This document shows, one piece after another, positions 1-7,418 of a stretch of 17,802 nucleotides of DNA. The translations under genes were made by a program, and so were the position numbers. The first letter of the stretch is position 1, and every line of letters starts with the position of its first letter. The notes beneath the pieces are model-generated. The model was not told where the DNA came from. It was given only the letters and a program-made list of their open reading frames with translations, and made no database searches. The stretch is from Abditibacteriaceae bacterium (lineage in GTDB: Bacteria; Armatimonadota; Abditibacteriia; Abditibacteriales; Abditibacteriaceae), in NCBI GenBank assembly GCA_031425655.1, contig JANPJS010000174.1, forward strand, positions 1-17,802, read 5' to 3'.

Positions 1-43
1 GTCGTTTCCGTGTAGGCAAAGCCTCCGTGTTCCATTGAAACGC

Positions 44-523
44 TTAACGACGACGTTTTTTGCCGATGTCGCCGAATTTCGTATCGAGAAACCAATGTGC
101 GGCATCGCTGAGAACTAAACCGCCAAGAACCCAACAAAATAGGCGCAGCGTTTCGGGCGGGAATTTAATCAGGTGCCAGCCCCAATACGATGGCAAAAGC
201 AGCCATAAACCAAGATAAAGCAGCCGTCCCGCAGTGCCGAGAATCGGAAAGTGCGACAGCGGCGAGCGATGCTTGATTAGCATGGCATACGGATACCACA
301 GCATCGCCCACAAAAAGCCGAGTCCGAATGTGTATTTAATGAACGCGTGTTCGCTGCTGGAAATGCCTTCCTGATCGAGATCGGGCGTCAGCATGATGCC
401 CAATAAGCAGCCCAGCGCGCACGCCGCGCCCGTCGTGTGGTCACCTAACGCGCCCGCCGTCAAGCCATAAGCCGGCGCTGCGAGAAGCAAACTGCATTGT
501 GCGTGAACTTTTCCAGAAGGCAT
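44..523 (-). CDS. DUF2227-family putative metal-binding membrane protein
   Basis: 159 aa with MPSGKVH N-terminus, PDLD, HRSPLSH and H-x-x-LD motifs and hydrophobic helices, as in DUF2227/YdjM-like proteins. Confidence 0.85.
   Translation of the reverse strand: MPSGKVHAQCSLLLAAPAYGLTAGALGDHTTGAACALGCLLGIMLTPDLDQEGISSSEHAFIKYTFGLGFLWAMLWYPYAMLIKHRSPLSHFPILGTAGRLLYLGLWLLLPSYWGWHLIKFPPETLRLFCWVLGGLVLSDAAHWFLDTKFGDIGKKRRR
441..523. repeat. 83-bp direct repeat, copy 1 (5' end of DUF2227 gene)
   Basis: 79/83 identical to 747-829. Confidence 0.95.
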
Positions 524-526
524 TAA

Positions 527-724
527 TTATTTTCTGCGGCTGGCGAACCATATATAAAAGAAAACTGCAATAGCGACTATTACAGAGAAAGATTTTGTTC
601 CAAGTATGACCGCTGCGAGAGGAGGAAATCCCATCCAAATATACACTGCTGCGAATGGAGAAATAAGAAGAAGAGCTAATATCCACCAAGCACCCTTGCT
701 TTTCCATTCAGGAATCTTCATCAT
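527..724 (-). CDS. Small AT-rich membrane protein (65 aa, MMKIPEW...RRK); alternatively a 100-aa fusion starting at 829 through the duplicated DUF2227 N-terminus
   Basis: GAGGGA SD-like motif just before ATG at 724; two hydrophobic segments; visibly lower GC than its flanks. Confidence 0.6.
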   Translation of the reverse strand: MMKIPEWKSKGAWWILALLLISPFAAVYIWMGFPPLAAVILGTKSFSVIVAIAVFFYIWFASRRK

Positions 725-746
725 TCTTCCCTCGCTAACTTCAAAA

Positions 747-829
747 TCGCCTAACGCGCCCGCAGTGAAGCCATAAGCCGGCGCCGCGAGAAGCAAACTG
801 CATTGTGCGTGAACTTTTCCAGAAGGCAT
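747..829. repeat. 83-bp direct repeat, copy 2 (duplicated DUF2227 5' fragment)
   Basis: Encodes MPSGKVHAQCSLLLAAPAYGFTAGALGD versus ...YGLTAGALGD in copy 1. Confidence 0.95.
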
Positions 830-838
830 GACAAATCA

Positions 839-947
839 ATTAAACACAAAGACACAAAGGCACAAAGAATTTGAAAAGACTCTACGAAGCTAATGCCTCT
901 TGAATGTCCTTAATTTTTCTTTGTGCCTTCGTGTCTTTGTGTTTAAT
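839..947. repeat. Intergenic inverted repeat made of 8-mer tandem units (RCACAAAG x3), MITE-like
   Basis: Arms 839-869 and 917-947 are 30/31 complementary, with a 47-nt loop. Confidence 0.9.
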
Positions 948-949
948 CA

Positions 950-2086
950 TTACTCTCGCGCCAGTCGCAAGCTCTCGGTTGGCACCACGATGATTAAAGT
1001 GTCGCCGGCGTGCAAAATGGTGTCGGCGGGTGGCGTGAAGATGAGTTTTTTACCGCGCAGCATGGCAATCGGCAGCACGTCGCGGCCATGCGCGAGACCG
1101 GCGGCGTCGAGGGTTTGGCCGATCATCGGCGAATCGTCTTCGATGGCAAATTCGGTAAATTCCGCTTGCAATTGGCGGTCGTAAAGCACGGCGTTGAGAA
1201 AATTGCTGACCGCCGGGCGCAGCATCGAAAGCGTGATGCGCCGCGCGCCGACTTTATACGGTGAAATCACTTCGTCGGCACCCGCGCGGGCTAATTTCTT
1301 CTCCGATTCGGGCAACGCCGCGCGTGCCACGACAAACAATTTCGGGTTCAGGCCGCGCGCTGTCACGACTAACATCACGTTGCTGGCGTCGTCGTTTAAA
1401 GCGCCGACGACGCCGGTAGCGCGTTCGATTCCGGCATCGAGCAGGGTTTCGTCCAGCGTAGCATCGCCGTCAATGAGCGGATAGCCCTGCTCTTGCACCA
1501 AAGCGCAGCGTTCGGGCCGCGCGTCAATGACTACAAAGGGCACGCCGGCTTCGCTCAAATCGGCGGCGACTTCGCGGCCAATACGCCCGAAGCCGCAAAT
1601 AATGTAATGGCCCTTCATCGCGTCAATAGATTCCTGCATTTTTTGCCGCGCCCTCCAATGGCTGAACTGTTCACTGAGCAATAAATCAAAACCCGCGCCT
1701 AAGGTGTAAAACAGGCTGCCGACGCCTGCCAAAATCAGGGTGATGGTGAAAACGCGTCCGGGATCGTCGAGAGGACGCACTTCGAGTCCGACGGTCGAAA
1801 TCGTCATGATCGTCATGTAAAACGCATCGCTCAACGGCCATTTCTCGATCATCGCATAGCCGAGCGTGCCATAAACGATGACGATTCCGACCAAAACCAG
1901 CGCCAGTCGCAGTCGCCAGATGGAGGCCACGACTTCGCGGTCGGCGGCGCGCAAGGGCCGCGCGTGCGCGTTGCGATGCGTGACCCGATGCGCCGCGCGC
2001 CGTGCCAGACGCCACGCCAAACGCGCGTGCCCGACTTTATGGGGCCGGAAGCGCCATTTGAGAAGGTTAGTCGAACGCAATGGCAT
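950..2086 (-). CDS. Potassium channel family protein (Ion_trans_2 pore + TrkA-N + TrkA-C/RCK)
   Basis: DAFYMTIMTISTVG pore region, HYIICGFGRIG Rossmann motif, GDAT, GADEVISP. Start placed at ATG 2086; the ORF extends to TTG 2116. Confidence 0.9.
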   Translation of the reverse strand: MPLRSTNLLKWRFRPHKVGHARLAWRLARRAAHRVTHRNAHARPLRAADREVVASIWRLRLALVLVGIVIVYGTLGYAMIEKWPLSDAFYMTIMTISTVGLEVRPLDDPGRVFTITLILAGVGSLFYTLGAGFDLLLSEQFSHWRARQKMQESIDAMKGHYIICGFGRIGREVAADLSEAGVPFVVIDARPERCALVQEQGYPLIDGDATLDETLLDAGIERATGVVGALNDDASNVMLVVTARGLNPKLFVVARAALPESEKKLARAGADEVISPYKVGARRITLSMLRPAVSNFLNAVLYDRQLQAEFTEFAIEDDSPMIGQTLDAAGLAHGRDVLPIAMLRGKKLIFTPPADTILHAGDTLIIVVPTESLRLARE

Positions 2087-2122
2087 GGCAATCGCGGAGC
2101 AGCAAAACTCAGTCAAAGAAAA

Positions 2123-2237
2123 CGGGAAAGCGGAAAGGGCGGGAAGATGGGAAGGAAATTCATGGTGAGTTTTGATAGCTCCGGCTCCACGACCACAATC
2201 AAATTCTTCCCGTCTTCTCGCCCTTTCCGCCTTTCCG
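2123..2237. repeat. Intergenic inverted repeat made of purine-rich ~8-9-mer units (CGGGAAAG/CGGAAAGGG-like)
   Basis: Arms 2123-2154 and 2206-2237 are 28/32 complementary; lies between divergent genes. Confidence 0.85.
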
Positions 2238-2311
2238 CTCTGATTTCTTCCGTTTACATAAGGTTTTATTATCCGCCATCGCCTGCGCGATGACCGGTTG
2301 CAAGGAAATTT

Positions 2312-2980
2312 ATGCTATTAAAAAATCGAGTCGCCGTCGTGACCGGCGCGGGTTCAGGAATAGGCCGCGTGATTGCCGTCGCGTTCGCGCGCGAAGGCGC
2401 CAGTGTGGTTTTAGCGGGCCGTCGCGTGGAAAATTTGGAAGCAACTGCGGCGCTTTGCTCCGGTTCGCCGCTGGTTGTCGGCACCGATATTGGCTACCAA
2501 AACGGAGTCGCCATTCTTCAATCGCGCACGCTAAAACAGTTCGGACGCTGCGACGTTTTAGTCAACAACGCCGGAATTTTCAAGCCGGAGCCGGGCATTT
2601 TATTGCACGAATCGCCGCTGGCCGCGTGGGACGCCGTGATGACAACCAACGTGCGCGGCCCGTTTTTGTGCCTTCGTGCCTTCGCGCCGGGCATGATCGC
2701 GCAGCGTTACGGGCGCATTATCAACATTACTTCGGGCCTCAAACACGCCGCGGGGCACGGCGTTTATTCGATTTCCAAATCGGCGTTGGACGCGCTTACC
2801 AAAACCGCCGCGCACGAGTTGGCCGAGCATAACGTGTTAGTAAATGCCCTGAATCCGGGCTGGGTTCGCACCGAAATGGCACAAAACGCGCCCGACGAAC
2901 CCGATAAAGTCGCGCCTTTAGCGTTGCAACTCGCTTCGCTGCCCGACGGAGAGCCAAGCGGCGTCGAATATCATGCGTGA
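2312..2980 (+). CDS. Short-chain dehydrogenase/reductase (SDR) family oxidoreductase
   Basis: TGAGSGIG, NNAG, YSISK (YxxxK) and NALNPGWVRT motifs; AAGGA SD upstream. Confidence 0.93.
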   Translation: MLLKNRVAVVTGAGSGIGRVIAVAFAREGASVVLAGRRVENLEATAALCSGSPLVVGTDIGYQNGVAILQSRTLKQFGRCDVLVNNAGIFKPEPGILLHESPLAAWDAVMTTNVRGPFLCLRAFAPGMIAQRYGRIINITSGLKHAAGHGVYSISKSALDALTKTAAHELAEHNVLVNALNPGWVRTEMAQNAPDEPDKVAPLALQLASLPDGEPSGVEYHA

Positions 2981-3019
2981 ATTAAAAGTCGGTATGACCT
3001 TGTGTGGTGGAAAGAAACG

Positions 3020-3166
3020 AGTGCTTGTCATTCTGAGCGGAGCGAGGTGAGGAACGAACAGAGCGCAGTCGAAGAATCTTTAAAGTCGCTCTATCCAGAC
3101 GAGATTCTTCGATCCTGCCCAGAGGGCACCCGCTCGTGCCTCGCTTCGCTCAGAATGACAAGCACT
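3020..3166. mobile_element. MITE/REP-like palindromic element with TGTCATTCTGAGCG...CGCTCAGAATGACA ends
   Basis: Outer arms 3020-3047 and 3139-3166 are 27/28 complementary; inner 11-bp IR at 3069-3079 and 3102-3112; lies between convergent genes. Confidence 0.8.
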
Positions 3167-3205
3167 ACTTTTAAGCACGCCTTCAGTCGCGTCTCCATCG
3201 GCGTC

Positions 3206-4150
3206 TCAACGCAACGCTTCTTCAGCGTAGGTGATGTCGGTTTTGATTTGCGCGACCAATTTGTTGAGATCAGCGAATTTTTGCTCGTCGCGCAGCCACG
3301 CGATGATTTCAAGGCGGGCGCGCTTCGGCGGTCGCGGAATGTGTTCGCCGATAACGTGAAATTCGATGCTTTGCTGCAAACCGTCCGCAACCGTCGGGCG
3401 AAAGCCGATATTCAGCGCAGCACGATGCGGCGTCGGGCGGTCGTCGAAGTAAGCGCGGGCCGCGTAAACGCCGTTGCGTGGCAAAACTTTGCGCGTGTGC
3501 GGGCGAATGTTGATGGTCGGCACGCCGATGCTGCTGCCCAGTTGCATTCCCGGCACGACATCGCCGGCAAGGGTGAAAGGGCGTCCCAATAGTTCAACGG
3601 CTTCTTCAAGCTGGCCCTGCTCCACGCTTTCGCGCACGCGCGTCGAGGAAATCGGCGCATCATCCACCAGCAGTTTTTCACTCAGCGCCACAACCTCGAA
3701 GCCATACCATTCGCCCATATTACCGAGCGCGGTGACATCGCCTTCGCGGCCTCGGCCTAAAGCGAAATCCGGCCCCACGACCAGCAATTTCAAGTTCAGC
3801 TTCTCTACAAGGGTTCCCGTCACGAACTCTTCAGCGCTGAAGCTCGCCAACTCCGCCGTGAAGGGCACAATCAGCAAATGATCGAGCTTGAACGGCGCAA
3901 AAGCCGCGATTTTTTCATCGGGTAGCGTCAGCAGGTGCGGGCAGTCGTCGGGCTGAAAAAAGCAGTGCGGCATATCCTCGAAAGTGAGCGCCGCCGTCGT
4001 CATTTTGCGGCGCGCAGCTTGGTCTTTGAGAGCTTCAGTTAAAAGCGCGTGCCCGCGATGCACGCCGTCGAAAGTGCCAATCGTCAGCGCCAAACCGACT
4101 GAAGCGGCGCGGCCCGGAGGTGCGGCGGGAAACTCGTGATGAATTCGCAT
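3206..4150 (-). CDS. ribF: Bifunctional riboflavin kinase/FAD synthetase
   Basis: GTFDGVHRGH, VGPDFALG, ISSTRVR, G-x-PT-x-N and LRDEQKF motifs; follows truB. Confidence 0.95.
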   Translation of the reverse strand: MRIHHEFPAAPPGRAASVGLALTIGTFDGVHRGHALLTEALKDQAARRKMTTAALTFEDMPHCFFQPDDCPHLLTLPDEKIAAFAPFKLDHLLIVPFTAELASFSAEEFVTGTLVEKLNLKLLVVGPDFALGRGREGDVTALGNMGEWYGFEVVALSEKLLVDDAPISSTRVRESVEQGQLEEAVELLGRPFTLAGDVVPGMQLGSSIGVPTINIRPHTRKVLPRNGVYAARAYFDDRPTPHRAALNIGFRPTVADGLQQSIEFHVIGEHIPRPPKRARLEIIAWLRDEQKFADLNKLVAQIKTDITYAEEALR

Positions 4151-4172
4151 TCTCTGTAGTCAAAAGCCGGTT

Positions 4173-5072
4173 TTAGAGACCGGCGTCGTCCAAAAATAAA
4201 ACTTTCTCTGGTTTATAACAGCCGGCGTCTTGCGGCAGCGGCGCGGCAATCGCGGCAATCGTGCCCGCCTCGTTAACGATAACTAAACGCGGCGCTTGAC
4301 TATCGCTAAACAGCACGCGCTTGCCCTGCGCCAAATCGCGCGCCATTTCATCGCTGACGACTATGGGGAAACCGCAGTAGGAAAGAACCTGTTCCATCGT
4401 CAGCAAAGCACTGGCCGGATGCGCGGCGATTTCTTCCAATGTCTGCGCCGCTTCCGACGAAAACGCGCCGCTTTGTGTGCGAACCAAAAACGTCATCGTG
4501 GCGCCACAACCTAAAGCGCGTCCCAAATCGCGCACCAAACTACGAATATACGTGCCGCCCGAACATTCGATGCGAATCATCGCGCGCGGACGAACTCCGG
4601 CGACAAAGTGCGTCGCTTCGAGGTTGTAAATCGTGACGCGACGCGGCGCAAGCTCACTTTCCTCCAGTTGCCCGGCGCGTGCCAGATCGTAAAGCTTTTT
4701 TCCATCGCGCTTAATCGCCGAGTAAATCGGCGGAATTTGCCCGATTTCGCCGCGAAAACTGTCCAGCGCCACGCGAATTTTATCCAACGTGACGCTCGAT
4801 GCATCGCTTTCACTCACCGTCTGGCCAACGCCATCAAGCGTATCGGTTTCCCATCCAAACGTCGCTTCGGCAATATAAATTTTGCGCCCGGATTGCAGAT
4901 ATTCCACAAGCCGCGTCGCCTGCCCGACGCAAATAGGCAAGACACCCGCCGCCGCCGGATCGAGCGTTCCCGTATGCCCGACGCGCTTAATCTTCAGCGC
5001 GCGGCGCACAAACGCGACGGCATCGTGGCTGGTCATGCCCGGCGGTTTGAGCAAATTAATGACACCGTGCAT
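4173..5072 (-). CDS. truB: tRNA pseudouridine(55) synthase
   Basis: KPPGMTSHD, GHTGTLDP, QIPPIYSAIK, CSGGTYIRSL motifs. Confidence 0.97.
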   Translation of the reverse strand: MHGVINLLKPPGMTSHDAVAFVRRALKIKRVGHTGTLDPAAAGVLPICVGQATRLVEYLQSGRKIYIAEATFGWETDTLDGVGQTVSESDASSVTLDKIRVALDSFRGEIGQIPPIYSAIKRDGKKLYDLARAGQLEESELAPRRVTIYNLEATHFVAGVRPRAMIRIECSGGTYIRSLVRDLGRALGCGATMTFLVRTQSGAFSSEAAQTLEEIAAHPASALLTMEQVLSYCGFPIVVSDEMARDLAQGKRVLFSDSQAPRLVIVNEAGTIAAIAAPLPQDAGCYKPEKVLFLDDAGL

Positions 5073-5077
5073 GATTT

Positions 5078-5506
5078 TCAGCGCAGAAAGCGAAGCGTAA
5101 ACGGATAGCGATGATATTTGCCGTTAGCGGCTTGAATGGCACCCACGATAATCATCAAAAAATGCACCAAAGGAAAAATGAAGACGGCTACCCATGCCGT
5201 TGCACTCACCGCAAACAGCGCCGCAAAACCCTGATTTAAAAACGTGAGAAAAAACGGCACACCAATCCACATAATCGCGCTGATAATGAGCAGAGCGTAA
5301 ACAATGGTCATCGTGATACCAAAGTTCACCGCTTCGCGCCCCTGATCGTCTACAAACGACGATTCTTTGCCTTTTACCATCCACAAAATCAAAGGGCCGA
5401 AGACATTGCCAAACGGCACGCCCACGAAAAGCAAAAGCGCCGAGAGATGGCACAGCATCGCCCAGTTGCGCGCTTCTCGTTCCTGCAGTTCGTGAAGAGT
5501 GTTCAT
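5078..5506 (-). CDS. DUF4870 (Tic20-like) membrane protein
   Basis: WAMLCHLS, GPLILW, DDQGREAVNF and YPF motifs; GGAGG SD; ATGA overlap with the nrnA stop. Confidence 0.9.
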   Translation of the reverse strand: MNTLHELQEREARNWAMLCHLSALLLFVGVPFGNVFGPLILWMVKGKESSFVDDQGREAVNFGITMTIVYALLIISAIMWIGVPFFLTFLNQGFAALFAVSATAWVAVFIFPLVHFLMIIVGAIQAANGKYHRYPFTLRFLR

Positions 5507-6552
5507 CGTTTTACCTCCGTCGCTTGAATTTTTTCGGCTTCAATTGCTGTCTGGGCGCCACCGGCCAGCCACTCGCGTGCGGCGGCGATGGTTTTTTCGA
5601 CGGCTTGTTCAAACGGAATATGGCGCATTCGGCAGCCCGACGCGGCGGCGTGGCCGCCGCCGCCAAACTGTTTGCAAAACAAGTCGGCGCGCAGATTCGC
5701 TTCGGCGCGCACGCTGATGCGCGCAACTGGGCCGGTTTCGTCGCGGCGTTCGCGCAAAATGACCGAAAAGCGCGCACCGCGCACGCTACGCAGCAAATTC
5801 ACCGCGTTTTCGCTGCCTTCGTCGCCAACTGTAGACGTTTCAAAATCGGCTGCGCTTAAGGCCGTCCATGTCAGTTGACCCTCGCATTCCGATTGCATTT
5901 TTTGCAGCGCAAGGCCGAGCAATTTCGTGGCGCCCAAAGTGCGCTCGTCGAAGAGATGAAAAGCAGTTTCCGCCGGGTCAGCGCCCAGTTTCACCATTTC
6001 CCCGGCGGCGTGCAGCGCGGCGGGCGTGGTATTGGGAAAGCGAAAATGCCCGGTATCAGTAGATAGCCCGCACAGCAGATTATCGGCAATTTGCGGCGTG
6101 ATTTCCACGTTCAAACCGTGTTGCGGAAGCGTATTGAGCAACTCGAAAATCATCATCGCCGTCGCGGGTTGTTCGGGATCAATCCAGTTGACCTCGAAAA
6201 TCGGCTGGCTGGTGCGATGATGGTCAATCATCACTCGCGTTCGCGCTTTTTCGATGAACTCGAAGGGCATCGCCACGCGATTCGCCTCGCCGCTGCAATC
6301 GAGAATAAAAACACATTCGGCGGGGCGCGAAGGCGCACTCCGCACGGTTTCCCAGCCCGGCGTGTAGCGGCAGCAAAGCGGAACGCCGTCGCTGGAGACA
6401 AATTCGGCTTTCTTGCCCAGCGCTTCAAGCGCCGATTTCAACGCCAGACCAGAGCCGATAGCGTCGCCATCCGGCCCGACGTGCGCCACGAGAAGAAACG
6501 AAGAATGTGCGGCAATCGCCGCCGCGATGGAGTCAAAAGGAGGAGAGGACAT
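5503..6552 (-). CDS. nrnA: DHH/DHHA1 phosphoesterase (bifunctional oligoribonuclease/PAP phosphatase)
   Basis: H-x-x-PDGDAIGS, DHH, DTG-x-F and GGGGHAAASG motifs; canonical position after rbfA. Confidence 0.92.
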   Translation of the reverse strand: MSSPPFDSIAAAIAAHSSFLLVAHVGPDGDAIGSGLALKSALEALGKKAEFVSSDGVPLCCRYTPGWETVRSAPSRPAECVFILDCSGEANRVAMPFEFIEKARTRVMIDHHRTSQPIFEVNWIDPEQPATAMMIFELLNTLPQHGLNVEITPQIADNLLCGLSTDTGHFRFPNTTPAALHAAGEMVKLGADPAETAFHLFDERTLGATKLLGLALQKMQSECEGQLTWTALSAADFETSTVGDEGSENAVNLLRSVRGARFSVILRERRDETGPVARISVRAEANLRADLFCKQFGGGGHAAASGCRMRHIPFEQAVEKTIAAAREWLAGGAQTAIEAEKIQATEVKR

Positions 6553-6553
6553 A

Positions 6554-6617
6554 AGTTTTGAGTTTTGAGTTTTGAGTTTTGAGTTGATTCCTAACTCAAA
6601 ACTTAAAACTCAAAACT
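6554..6617. repeat. Heptamer tandem-repeat palindrome (AGTTTTG)4 / (CAAAACT)3
   Basis: Arms 6554-6585 and 6593-6617 fill the rbfA-nrnA spacer. Confidence 0.95.
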
Positions 6618-6619
6618 AT

Positions 6620-6976
6620 TCACTCTTTCTTCAGTTCCGGCAGAGAGTTGAGGATTTCGTCCACGATCATGGCGTTGTCGGTGCCGCCGTCGTAGCGAAA
6701 CTGGATTTCCGGGACGACGCGCAACGGCACTTCGACGCCGACGCGCGTTCGTAAAAACGGCTTGGCGCTCTCGAAGCCGCGATGTGCATCAAGGCGCACT
6801 TTGTCATCGCCCAAAATGGTGTAGAACACTTTGGCGCTTTGCAAATCGTGCGAGACTTCGACGCGCGTGATCGTTACCAATCGCAAACGCGGGTCTTGCA
6901 CTTCGGTGTTGAGCGCCGAGGCAATCGTCGCGCGAATGGCTTCGGCAGCGCGGTCGGAACGAAAAGTTGTAGACAT
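6620..6976 (-). CDS. rbfA: 30S ribosome-binding factor A
   Basis: DPRL-x-x-VTITRVEVS-x-DL-x-x-AKVF and LR-x-x-PE motifs. True start is ATG 6976; the longer ORF is repeat translation. Confidence 0.95.
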   Translation of the reverse strand: MSTTFRSDRAAEAIRATIASALNTEVQDPRLRLVTITRVEVSHDLQSAKVFYTILGDDKVRLDAHRGFESAKPFLRTRVGVEVPLRVVPEIQFRYDGGTDNAMIVDEILNSLPELKKE

Positions 6977-6980
6977 GGTA

Positions 6981-7072
6981 AGTTTTGAGTTTTGAGTTTT
7001 GAGTTTTGAGTTTTGAGTTTTGAGTTTTGAGTTGATTGTTAATTCAAAACTCAAAACTGTGAACTCAAAACT
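6981..7072. repeat. Heptamer tandem-repeat palindrome (AGTTTTG)7 / ~4 CAAAACT-like units
   Basis: Arms 6981-7033 and 7041-7072; the right arm overlaps the DUF503 stop codon. Confidence 0.95.
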
Positions 7073-7352
7073 ACAGGATTTCTATTCGGCACTCGGCCAC
7101 GTCGCAGCGCTCGTCGTTTTCGGCGAAATCGCGCGCGTGGTTGAGAACGGTGTTGGCGACTGTCCTGTCGTTGCTGACGACGGCAACGGCAAGCGTAGCA
7201 CGCTGCCATAAATCGTGATCGTCAATTTGCGCCGCCGAAACGTTGAAACGCGAACGCAGGCGTCCTAAAAGCGAATTCACAACCGTTCGCTTATCTTTTA
7301 GCGAGTGCGCGTCGTGAATCAGCAATTCGAGTGTGAGCAGGCCGATGAACAT
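7071..7352 (-). CDS. ylxP: DUF503 (YlxP-like) protein
   Basis: SLKDKR, RFNVSAA and D-x-WQ motifs; located between infB and rbfA. Confidence 0.92.
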   Translation of the reverse strand: MFIGLLTLELLIHDAHSLKDKRTVVNSLLGRLRSRFNVSAAQIDDHDLWQRATLAVAVVSNDRTVANTVLNHARDFAENDERCDVAECRIEIL

Positions 7353-7353
7353 C

Positions 7354-7417
7354 GTTTTTGGGTTTTGGGTTTTAGGTGTTAGAGGTTTCCTGACACCTAA
7401 AACCCAGAACCGAAAAC
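7354..7417. repeat. Heptamer tandem-repeat palindrome (GGTTTTG/GGTTTTA/GGTGTTA units)
   Basis: Arms ~7355-7382 and 7390-7417 are ~24/28 complementary; fills the infB-ylxP spacer. Confidence 0.88.
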
Positions 7418-7418
7418 C

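Noticed and set aside
521..529. Stop-codon readthrough fusing the 527-829 ORF to the in-frame DUF2227 gene
   Set aside because: The stop is TAA with no recoding signal visible; reinitiation at the ATG 3 nt later is simpler.
441..829. DGR template/variable repeat pair
   Set aside because: The four differences are not adenine-specific on either strand, the repeat is at the gene 5' end, and no reverse transcriptase is in the window.
3002..3592. 196-aa plus-strand ORF
   Set aside because: It is composed of MITE translation plus the antisense of ribF.
6977..7054. N-terminal extension of RbfA (LKTQNSK repeats); similarly YlxR 10319-10369
   Set aside because: These are translations of the heptamer palindromes; family similarity begins at ATG 6976 and ATG 10318.
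6554..7072. CRISPR array or telomere-like repeats
   Set aside because: The units are 7-nt tandem repeats in inverted arms with no unique spacers, and no cas genes are present.
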